Source: Mustelus asterias (taxonomy: Eukaryota). From it: 64,000 bases of DNA. The notes under the pieces were generated by a model that made no database searches, was not told where the DNA came from, and saw only the letters and a list, made by a program, of their open reading frames with translations. The position numbers and the translations under genes were made by a program. This document shows positions 12,391 to 23,400 of this stretch, in pieces; within the stretch, counting starts at the first letter, position 1; the number at the start of each line of letters is the position of its first letter. The stretch spans positions 30,380,001 through 30,444,000 of the forward strand of contig NC_135828.1 in NCBI RefSeq assembly GCF_964213995.1, given 5' to 3'.

Positions 12391-12496
12391 AGCATCTTCC
12401 ACTGAACAGTTCTGTTTGATTTAGGTTTGTGTTAGAGATGGTGTTAGGTTTAGATTCCCTGATAGTTTCAGATTTAAGGGTTTGGAAGAGATTCTA

Positions 12497-12660
12497 GACA
12501 TAGACATAGAACAGTACAGCACAGAACAGGCCCTTCGGCCCACGATGTTGTGCCGAGCTTTATCTGAAACCAAGATCAAGCTATCTCACTCCCTATCATC
12601 CTGGTGTGCTCCATGTGCCTATCCAATAACCGCTTCAATGTTCCTAAAGTGTCTGACTTT
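12497..12660 (-). mobile_element. CR1 3' tail
   Basis: Reverse complement of the tail at about 265-417. Confidence 0.85.
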
Positions 12661-12977
12661 ACGCGGGAAACATGCAATCTGAATTTAGCATAATGGCGTC
12701 ATTTGCAAGTAATTTCATTGGCTGTTCCAGTCATATAATCAGTTTCCGGTTATACAATTGGCTGGATGCCAGAGACCATTCTGAAAAATCTGAATCAACT
12801 TGTACATAAAATACAGTCTTTTAACTCTCGCAAAAACTCTAGAGATTCACTATCAAAAGACAAAGTGTGCCGTGAGGAATATCTTCAGAGAGACCATGAG
12901 GGCAGATTCGACATCAGCAACTGACTTGACCAGTTAATTCTAACTGGGTAGTGTTTGCGTTCAGTTAATTGAAGAAA

Positions 12978-13162
12978 TAGAATCATAGAAACCCTACAGT
13001 GCAGAAGGAGGCCATTCGGCCCATCGAGTCTGCACCGACCACAATCCCACCCAGGCCCTACCCCCACATATTTACCCGCTAATCCCTCTCATTTACGCAT
13101 CTTAGGACTTGAAGGGGCAATTTTTAACCTGGCCAATCAACCTAACCCGCACATCTTTGGAC
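12978..13162 (-). mobile_element. HE1 SINE 3' half
   Basis: Reverse complement of the HE1 tail (ATAGAAACCCTACAGTGCAGAAGGAGGCCATTCGG). Confidence 0.85.
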
Positions 13163-13609
13163 ATAGAACGTTAAACAGCTAATGTTCAGTTCAGAGTTAA
13201 AGTTCAGTCAAAGAGTAAGTGTTGCAACTGTTTACTGGGCTGCAATCAGTTGAATTGTTTATTTATCAATTGAATAATTGTTGTCACTGGATATATTACT
13301 GTGAGCTTGGGCTATTTTCTGAATCTGGACTGAGTTGCCATATAAATAAATGTGTTTGTCCATCAATTTAGGTGTTGCAGGGTCTCTCTGACTGCTGTAA
13401 AGATAAACTCGGAGTTGCTACAATCTCGGCTATTTGCACCTGCAACACGATTATATATGAAATGCAAAATATACAACAACCATAAAAGTGGGAAGCTGCT
13501 GGATATGCTGAAGAGGAAAATCACACACTTTCTTCTGCTCCCCATCACTGCAAAGAACAAAGAACAATACAGCACAATACAGCAATACAACAATACCCTC
13601 TCCACCTGT

Positions 13610-13738
13610 GGGGCGGCATGGTAGCACAGTGGTTAGCACTGCTGCTTCACAGCTCCAGGGACCTGGGTTCGATTCCCGGCTTGGGTCACTGGCTGTGTGG
13701 AGTTTGCACGTTCTCCTCGTGTCTGCGTGGGTTTCCTC
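13610..13738 (+). mobile_element. HE1 SINE 5' half (split by the ERV; 3' half at 27114-27325)
   Basis: GGGTTTCCTC|CAGGTGCTCCGG is restored when the ERV is removed. Confidence 0.9.
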
Positions 13739-14386
13739 TGTAATGGGGAAAATACAAGGGGGGCACACTTTAAAATGGCAATACAAGAAAGCACACTCTA
13801 AAATGGCTGCCTGGCACACAAAGGGTTAACTGGGAAAGCCAAAAGAGCAGTCACAGGCTCCTGCTGTTCAGAAAAACCTAACAGACAAGCCACTTCAAAA
13901 GTACAGACAGTGACTCATAGCAAACAAACACCTCAGGAAGCCAAGCCAAGGGTCAAAACATCTTTTTAAGATAAGGAAACCCCAAAACAAAGAGCTTAGA
14001 TTAACGTTAAAGGAACGTGGGAAATATGAATGCGAGGGAACCGATTAGCACCTGAACGAGACGAAACTAGCCATTGATAGATACAGACATAAGGAGATGT
14101 ACCCATTCATAAAATGCTAAATGTCTATACCTGTTTGTACTTTTGTAAACATGAGGAAATGTACCCATTCATAAAATGTTAAATACTTGTATTCACTTAA
14201 ACAATGTGATAATGTTCGAATCACCGGTTTACCCATTGTGTAAAGGGTATAAAAATGAACCGCTCCTGACATACTATTGAGAGAAAGTTTGCTACAGACA
14301 TGTGCCTTGTCTCCACGGAGCTCCATTTAATAAATCGTATTTTCTGAATCTCGAAGTCTGACTACTAGTGGATTTTTCCCGCAACA
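13739..14386 (+). repeat. ERV 5' LTR (648 bp)
   Basis: TGTAA...CAACA; TATAAAAA about 14248; AATAAA 14329-14334; U3 duplication ATGTACCCATTCATAAAATG. Confidence 0.95.
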
Positions 14387-14388
14387 AA

Positions 14389-14407
14389 TGGCGTAGTCGG
14401 CTAGGAT
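14389..14407 (+). promoter_or_regulatory. ERV primer-binding site, tRNA-Ser
   Basis: TGGCGTAGTCGGC(T)AGGAT is the complement of the vertebrate tRNA-Ser 3' end (...ATCCTGCCGACTACGCCA) with one extra base. Confidence 0.85.
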
Positions 14408-14981
14408 CCTATTACTGGTGAGACCGATTGGCCACGGTCGCAACCGGGGTAGAGATCACGGAATCTGTGAGAGTCGGACTGGATCGGAAAATACGGTTTA
14501 TAAGGGGGAAATATTTGTACTGTGTATTTGTGATAGTATTTGTTATAGTGATAAATACTAACTGCTGATAGGAATAAATAACTGTGATTTGTGCTGATTG
14601 ACAAAAGGACAAGGTAGTGCCTGTCTCAAAACCTCTGCCTTAGACTGGCTATTAAGAGCAGAAATCTGCCACGTGAAGGTCAGGAATTGAAGTGAGTGAG
14701 AGACACCAAGGGCACTAAAGGATTGTGAAGCACAAAAGGGCAGAAGTCGGTTTAACATCACCCTCTGTAGTGGCGAACAGATGCACAGGTGCCAGCTGAT
14801 TGCATGAATGTATTGAAAAGTTGGGAACTGCACTGTCAATGTGGTGAAAAGCGGGGCGGAACAGGAGTTTGATCAACTCTGACCTAAACCGGAATCCGGT
14901 GGAGAAGCACATTGCCGAAGTGGTAATCGTGGAAGCCGTGAGTATAACTTAAAACCCTGTAACGGCAGTGAAACACGGTGT

Positions 14982-15130
14982 GAGAATAGCAATAGTGGCC
15001 GGGGGTAGTGAAGTCCCTATGGTAGTTAGCACACTTTGCTAAGAGTAGTAATAGTGGCCGGGGGTAGTGAAGTCCCTACGGTAGTTAGCACACTTTACTC
15101 AAGAATAATCGTGGCCGGGGTTAGTGAAAT
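14982..15130 (+). repeat. About 2.5 copies of a 57-59-bp tandem repeat in the ERV leader
   Basis: AATAGTGGCCGGGGGTAGTGAAGTCCCTA at 14991 and 15050; partial copy at 15107. Confidence 0.9.
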
Positions 15131-15137
15131 CTGCGAA

Positions 15138-16471
15138 ATGGCAGATAGTGAAGTTAAAAGGGGATCTGCAGGTTCCCTGATTGAAATCTACATGACAGAC
15201 AGGAAGGAGTTAATAAAGAGAATGCAAAAGGATGGCTGGGATACTTCTCAAACCTTAGAGCAGCAGAGAAAGTGGATAGATAAAGAAAAAAGCAGAACGA
15301 AGAAAATAGGAATAATGTTAACACATCAGTTAGCAGGTCTAATTGAACAAATAGTTTCCTCTACGAGGAAATGGAGGGAAGATAAAGAAAGAATTAGAGA
15401 ATTAGAATCCCGAGTGAGGGAACTGGAAAAACAAAATCAGGTTTTAGAAAGGCAAGGGGAGGAGAAACTGATCCTCTACCTTCTTATGAGTCCACCCAGC
15501 AAGGACCAACCGCACCCTCAGAAAAATGGGAACAGCTGGAACACAACTTAGCGCCCATAACTAGAGGGGGGACAGCAGCGCGACCAAAGGCAAATTATAA
15601 ACTTTTTACCCCAGGTGAGAGACAGCAGATAATGGCTTCCCTGGGCAAATTACAAACTAGAAGCGCGAACACTACATTCTGGGAAGAATTAGACACAATC
15701 TGGGTAGGACATCAATTACACCTAAGAGACGTACACCAGCTGGTCACGGCAGCCTGTCCAGCGGATAAGTGGAGGCAGGTAGCAGGGGGACCCGTTGCCC
15801 CTGTAGCACAGGATTATAATGGGGGACGGTGGACACTTGTAATTCCCCTAACAGCAGAGATAGATGCCCAACAGGCCCCCTTCTTACAGTTTAAAGAAGA
15901 AATTCAGAGGGTCTTAGGGAATGCTCCCACTAACTGGAGCAGAATTACCACCACAAAGCAGCTAAAAGGAGAAGGAGCCTCTGAGTACGGGGAACGATTG
16001 TTCCGAATATACCAAGAGTGCTCAGGACAAGGGGACCCAGGACGAGGAGATCGAGCATTCATCCAAGCTTTTAAGGATGGACTCTCTAGTGCCCACCAGA
16101 TCATCCTAAAAATGGGAGTGATCATGTCCCAAAATTACGATGAACTGGTGGAGTGGGCTAGCGGCATCCCAGCGGAAGAGAAACCCCAGGCAAGAGCAAG
16201 GTTAGAAAGAGTAGCAGCCTACAGTAACGGAAGTGAAACAAAACCCAAATTGATTTGCCACAATTGTGGGCAACAGGGGCACTTTGCGAGGGATTGCGGG
16301 ACTCCACGGAGAAAGAGCAAAACTGGGAACAGTGGTAAGCAGTGCAGCCACTGTAAAAGACACGGACATATGGAAGCAGTATGTTGGCATAAGCATGGGA
16401 GACCCCCAGCCCAATCCACGTCCCCAGCTGAACCCCAGGAACAAAAGGACACCCAGGGTCAGCAAGATTGA
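15138..16471 (+). pseudogene. gag: ERV gag, one frameshift near 15460
   Basis: ATG 15138; coiled coil; PTAP at 15506-15517 in the downstream frame; MHR-like QLKGEGASEYGERL; two CCHC knuckles CHNCGQQGHFARDC and CSHCKRHGHMEAVC. Confidence 0.85.
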
Positions 16472-19400
16472 CGGTCTGCAGCCCCCGTTCACAAGGGTAA
16501 AAAGGAGGGAAGGATTTATGTGTCAGCACTGGTAGGGGGCAGACAATGCGAGATGCTAGTGGACACAGGGGCATCCATATCCGTTACCGACCTACCCTTA
16601 CCCACTACAAATAAAATGATTTATCTGACCGGGATAGGAGGGAACAAAACTCCCGCCTACCTGAGCGAGACCACGTTAGTAGAAATAAATAATCTATATA
16701 TCTCAATGAAGTTCTATGTGTGCAGAAATAACGAGGGAACCATAATGGGGAACGATTTAATGAAAGAATATGAGATCTTGATAGATTGTGGGAAGGGAGA
16801 ATTAATTTGGCCAAGACAGGACGGTCGAAAAATTAGAATAGGGAAACTCACAAGTCACCTCGAGACCATTAAGGTGGCCACAGACACCGCCAGAAAATGG
16901 GAGTTAGAGACAGGAGGGTTTGGAGCCATTTGTGCTTCTGTTCCCGGAGTATGGGCTGAAACAAAGTTAGATACCGGTTTAACCGGGACCAGAGCATAAG
17001 CCACACCGGCAGTACCCAATTAAACCAGAAGCAGAGAAAGCTGTAGTAGAAATTGTGAAAGGGTTAGTGGTAAAGGGGATCCTGAGAGAAGCCACGAGCA
17101 CCACTAACTCCCCAACATAGCCAGTGAGTAAACCTGACGGGAGCTATAGGCTCACGATAGATTACACTGGACTTAATAAAGTCACGTCCAAGCTGCACCC
17201 CATTGTAGCAAGCCCTTCGACAATCCTGAATGGACTGTCACAGGAGCATAAAATATTTACAGTACTGGACATAGCTAATGGATTCTGGTCCTTACCCTTG
17301 GATCCTGAATCCCAAGACAAATTTGCATTTACAGTAGGGGACAAGCAGTATACCTGGACCTGTTTATACCATGGCATGAATTCTCTGCCCACTGAGGTGG
17401 TGGAGGCTACCTCGCTGAATATGTTTAAAGCGCGGATGGATGGATTCCTGATCGGTAAGGGAATTAAGGGTTATGGGGATCAGGCGGGTAAGTGGTACTG
17501 ATCCACGTCAGATCAGCCATGATCTTATTGAATGGCGGGGCAGGCTCGAGGGGCTAGATGGCCTACTCCTGCTCCTATTTTTTATGTTCTTATGTTTACC
17601 ACAGGGATTCCACAACAGCCCCCCTATATTCCATCGAGTGATGAGTGACATCCTAAATAGGGTAGAACTGCCAGAGGGTAACACGACCTTACAATATGTA
17701 GACGACATCCTAATAGCTTCAGAGTCCAAGTCAGGACATCAAGAAGCCCTATACTTGGTACTGAATGAATTAAAAGCCGCAGGATTAAAGGTCAGCCCCA
17801 AAAAGGCGCAGATCGGGAAGTCACAGGTCCTATACCTAGGGCACCTTATATCCCAAGGACTTAAAGAAATGCCGGCGGACAGGAAAGAGGAAATACAACA
17901 GATGCCGCGGCCGGTTAATATAAGAGGGGTTAGAAAGGTGCTAGGACTATTCAACTACAGTCGGAGTTTCGTCCCAGGGTTCACAAAACTCGCAGAACCC
18001 ATACAAAGACTCGTTAAAGGGGGGAAGCCAGCTTTAGACCCCGTAGAGTGGGGACCCGAGCAAGACGAAGCTTACACTAAATTAAAAACAGAACTAATAT
18101 CAGCCCCCAGACTAGGCTTACCCGATCTTAACAAAGACTTCCACATTTATTGTAATAATGAGGAAGGGTTCTATTCCGCAATAGTGACACAGGACCATGG
18201 CAACAGAAGGAGACCCATAGGGTATTATTCCACCGCAGAGGGGCCAGTAGTCACTGGACTGCCAAGGTGCATAGCCGCCTTGGATTGCGCCGCATGGGCT
18301 GTAAAGGTTAGCGAGCCAGTAATCATGACAGGGAATATAATCCTCCACACCAAACACACCTTGGTGGAAATGTTGAACACAGGAAAACTAAAGTCAGTCT
18401 CCAACATGAGAAGGGCTAAATGGGAAGCTGTCCTCCTACCTCCCAGCAAGTCCGTAACAATAATAAGGGATACGGGAAATAACCCAGCAGAAGGAATCTT
18501 AGATGGAGGAGAACCCCACAATTGTGGGGATGTGGATGCAGGAGAAGGAGAAGGAAGGATAAAGGACATGCCCCTGGTAACAGCGGAAGAGACCCTCTTT
18601 GTGGATGGGTCACGCAAATATGTGGAAGGATCACCCCGGACAGGATGGGCAGTCGTAAATAGTAAACTAGAAACAGTAAGGTCAGGAAGAATTGACGGAA
18701 GCTTGTCCGCACAAGTGGCAGAACTGGTGGCACTCACCCAGGCACTTGAGTTATCCGAGGGTAAGGCGGTAAACATTTATTCAGACAGTCGCTATGCCTT
18801 CGGAGTCATACATGATTATATGACAGCTTGGGGAAGGAGAGGGTTCATAACCACAGGGGGAACCCCTATCAAGCACCAGCAGAGAATTGAGGCATTGTTG
18901 AGAGCTAGCGAGAGACCTAGAGAAGCCGCAGTAATAAAAATTAAAGCGCACCAGAAGGAGCCCGGAAGAGATAGCCCAGACTGGTTAAATTTCAAAGGGA
19001 ACCAAGCCGCAGATAGGGCAGCACAGATAGCCCTAGAGCAGGAAATGATTGATGAATTGCCAATAGCAACAATAGAACCAACAGAAGCCGAAGTAGACAT
19101 TCAGGGTTTACATGAGGATACTCCAAAGGAAGAAAAGGAGAAGTGGGAAGCTCAGGGAACAGTCAAGGGGACAGATAACATTTGGAGACGAGAAGATAAG
19201 GTAATAGCACCAGAGTGCATACAAAACACCCTATTGGGATTACATCATGGACTCTCACATGTGGGTAGAGAGGCCATGATCACTAATATCGGAAAGGAGT
19301 GGTGGTGGAAGGGAATGGGAAAGGATATTGCCCGACACTGTCACCGATGCGTGACGTGCGCGCAACACAACCCTGGTAGACCCATAAAAATTAAAATGGG

Positions 19401-20235
19401 ACACCAGCCGAGACCCAAGGGACCCTGGGAACATCTACAACTGGATTTTACAGGACCACAGTCCCATGGCAAAACTTACTGTCTGGTCATCATAGACCAG
19501 TTCACCAGGTGGGTGGAAGGGTTCCCAACTTCAAACTGCACTGCTACCACAGTGGCCAGGATATTGGCAGAGGAGGTAATCCCAAGATGGGGGGTACCCC
19601 TACAAATTGATTCGGACCAAGGAACGCACTTCACTGGAAAGGTGATAAAAACAGTATGTCAATTAATGGGGATGAAACAAAAATTTCACATCCCCTACCA
19701 CCCGCAGAGCTCTGGAATGGTGGAGCGTATGAACAGAACACTAAAAAATGCACTTGCCAAGGCCATGCAGACATCAGGGAGAAGGTGGACAGAGGTATTG
19801 CCCACCATACTAATGAAATTAAGGGCGACCACAAACCGGACAACAGGATTAACCCCTTATGAACTAATGACAGGACGGGCGATGCAGTTACCAGAAAGCA
19901 TCATAACAGGTGGGACCGATGTCGGTCCACTAAAAGATAAAATCAAAAGATACATTCTGGATCTGAGCACCCAGCTAAAAGGGATGCGCAAATTGGTAAG
20001 AGATAATCAGGAGATAAAAGATGCACAGAGAGAGCTGGAAATGCTCCCTGACATCCCAACAGTGGGAAGTCGCATCCTAGTGAAAACACTACCCGACAAA
20101 CCAGGGTTTGCACTAAAGTGGAATGAGCCATATGAGATCATAATTAGTGGGGATACCTGTGCCTGTATAGACATAAGAGGGAAAGGTGTCTGGAAGCACT
20201 GGACTCAGCTGAAATTATACAAAGGAGATAAGTAG
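16472..20235 (+). pseudogene. pol: ERV pro-pol (PR, RT, RNase H, IN); frameshift near 16985, TAG at 17118, CR1 insert in RT
   Basis: LVDTGAS, LDIANGFW, LPQG, YVDD, LFVDGS, HHCC, QLDF/DSDQG/GMVER catalytic motifs; 17593-20235 is open. Confidence 0.92.
17367..17592 (+). mobile_element. Short CR1 3' fragment inserted in ERV RT
   Basis: NSLPTEVVEA motif and CR1 tail; TGTTTA duplicated at 17361-17366 and 17593-17598; removal restores WTCL|PQG. Confidence 0.9.
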
Positions 20236-20478
20236 CTAAATCGATGAACTAACAGAACTGCTTTCCTCAACACAGGCAAAGACTGCAAACAAGAGCCGGC
20301 GTGCGCGGGTTAATAAATAAAATAACTGTAAAAAATTGAATTGTAGTGTTAAGTTTTATAACTGTTGCGAATATCTATGTAATCGCGTATGTAATTGTAT
20401 TATTTTGCGTTGTGGCAACTGTAAGTTTGACTGGGCTGGAAGATAATTTGTTTTACAAAGCTCACATACATTTACATG

Positions 20479-23400
20479 TGTGGTGGACCTCAGTTGTGCC
20501 TTTGTCCTATATGGACCACCGTTGTGTGTGTTTGTCATACCTGGACACATCCCCTTCCAGTTTGGTTCCTCCCCTCAGCACCTAGTATAAAGGTGGCTGT
20601 CTCCTCCCCCTTGTTCAGTCCAGGTCGGTTAATTGTTGGGATCTGCTCCTGATTCTGTTGTGAATAAAAGCCTACACTTATATTGGCATATCGGTAGTCT
20701 TTCGCCTTATTGATAGCGCATCAATTTTATTCACAACAGTTACTAGTATGGAGCAGTTTCTAAAACCCGACAAGTTAGCATTAGACCCTCAAGAGGTTGG
20801 AGCCTCTGATAAATTTGATCATTGGTTGGACTGCTTCGAAGCATTCGTCAACACTGCTACGGCCATCGACACCGACGCTGCTAAACTCCACGTGCTCCGC
20901 GCCCGGGTAAGCGAAACTGTCTATGGAATCTTCCGGGACGCTGCTACTTACGCGGACGCTATCGAACTCCAAAAAGGGCAGTTCCGACAGAGCCCTAACG
21001 TGGTTTACGCCAGACACCTCCTAACTACCCGCAAACAGCAGCCAGGAGAATCGTGCGCCCAATTTCTGCGCACCCTGCGAGTCCTCGCCCGAGCATGCGA
21101 CTGTAAGGCTGTTTCAGCAGCTCAGAACACGGAGGATCTGATCCGCGACGCCTACGTTGCGGGCATTGAGTCTACATACATCCAGCAGCGTCTGCTCGAA
21201 CAAGATGACCTAGACCTCCGGAAAACGGCCACGATGGCTGAAACGTTAGAAGCAGCCTCCCATAATCTCGGGTCTTACCTTGGATCCCGTTCCACCGACG
21301 GCTCCACTGCGACGGCTGCTCCAGCAGGGCCCAAATGTTACTTTTGTGGCCTCCCTAAGCACCCTCGGCGTCACTGCCCGGCAAAGGACGCGATTTGCTC
21401 CGGATGTGGTAAGCTAGGCCACTTTGTTAAAGTCTGCAGAGCAAAGCCGCTTCTGAAGACTCGTGGAGCCATGTGTGCTCCGAGGGCGCGGCCATCTTTG
21501 ATGCAGGCGGCGGCTGCGCGCGAATCGCCATCTTGGATGCGGTCACCGGAAGTGCGGGAATCGCCATCTTGGATGCGGTCACCGGAAGTGCGGGAGTCGC
21601 CATCTTTGAGACTGGCATCAAGGCAAGCTGAGCAGGAAGCTTCATCCGTGACGTCATCAGACGGCGACGAAGATGGATTCTTCTTTAATTCAACAGTGGC
21701 ATCGATTTGCCTGGACCAGTCGCAGCCACATCAACTCTCCAAGTCCATAATGGAGATCAAGGGAAATGGTTATGCAGAAAACTGCCTGTTTGACTGTGGG
21801 AGCACGGAAAGTTTTATACACCCTCGCACAGTGCGTCAATATGCCCTTCCCGTGCGACCCTGGAGCCAGACCATCACCATGGCCTCGAATTCTCACTCAG
21901 TGGAGGTCCTCGGGTGCTGCTTGGTGACGCTGACGGTACAGGGCACAGTCTACGAGCGTTTTCGGCTCCTCGTGCTGCCGCGACTCTGCGCAGCTGTACT
22001 GCTCGGGTTAGATTTCCTCAGCCATCATAGAAGCGTCATCCTGCAGTACGATGGCCCTTATCCCCCGCTCTCCGTCTGCAAGGCGCCATCACGGCAGCGC
22101 CCCTCACGCACCACCTGCAGTCTCTCGACCCTCAAGATCACCCCCCCCCCGTTATTTGATAACCTCACCCCGGATTGTAGGCCTATAGCCACCAAGAGTA
22201 GGCGCTATAGTGCGGATGACCGGGCCTTCATTCGGTCCGAGGTACAACGTTTGCTCCAGGAAGGGATTATCCAGGCCAGCACCAGCCCCTGGAGGGCGCA
22301 AGTGGTCGTAGTTAAATCGGGGGAGAAACACCGCATGGTGATTGACTACAGCCAGACCATAAACAGGTATACCCAACTAGATGCATATCCTCTTCCCCGT
22401 ATCGCGGACATAGTCAACCACATCGCGCACTATAGGGTTTTTTCAACGATCGATTTGAAATCGGCTTACCACCAGCTCCCTATCCGCTCGGAGGATCGCC
22501 CATACACTGCCTTTGAGGCGGATGGCCGCCTCTACCAGTTCCTCCGAGTCCCCTTTGGTGTCACCAATGGGGTCTCAGTCTTCCAACGGGCCATGGATCA
22601 AATGGTGGACCAGCACGGACTACGGGCCACTTTCCCGTATCTGGATAATGTCACCGTCTGCGGCCATGACCTGCAGGACCATGATGCCAACCTACAAAAA
22701 TTCCTTCGTACGGCCACTCTCCTGAACCTCACATACAATGAGGCGAAGTGTGTTTTCCGGACACGCCGCCTCGCCATCCTTGGGTACGTGATAGAAAATG
22801 GTGTCCTTGGCCCCGACCCAGCCCGTATGCGTCCCCTTATGCAGCTTCCCCTCCCTACTACCCTCAAAGCACTGAGGAGATGCCTGGGCTTCTTCTCCTA
22901 TTATGCCCAGTGGGTTCCCCGTTACGCAGATAAAGCCCGTCCGCTCCTAAAATCGACCTCTTTTCCCCTGGCGGAGGAGGCCTGTCGGGCCTTCGATGAC
23001 ATCAAAGCGGACATCGCGAAGGCCGCGATGCACGCTGTGGACGAATCCATCCCATTCCAAGTGGAAAGTGATGCGTCTGACTTTGCCCTAGCTGCCACCC
23101 TTAACCAGAGGGGCCGTCCGGTGGCCTTCTTTTCCCGGACCTTACAAGGCCCTGAGATTCGACACTCCTCGGTCGAGAAGGAGGCCCAGGCCATCGTGGA
23201 AGCCGTCCGGCACTGGCGCCATTATCTCGCGGGCCAACGATTCACCTTAATTACGGACCAGCGGTCAGTTGCCTTCCTGTTTAACACCAGGCAAAAGGGC
23301 AAGATTAAGAATGACAAGATCTTGCGGTGGAGGATTGAGCTCTCCACCTACAGATATAACATCATGTACCGGCCTGGGAAGCTCAATGAGCCCCCAGACG

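Noticed and set aside
17473-17592. Hydrophobic N-terminus of the 920-aa ORF as a signal or membrane anchor on Pol
   Set aside because: It is the translated 3' UTR of the inserted CR1 fragment, bounded by the TGTTTA duplication.
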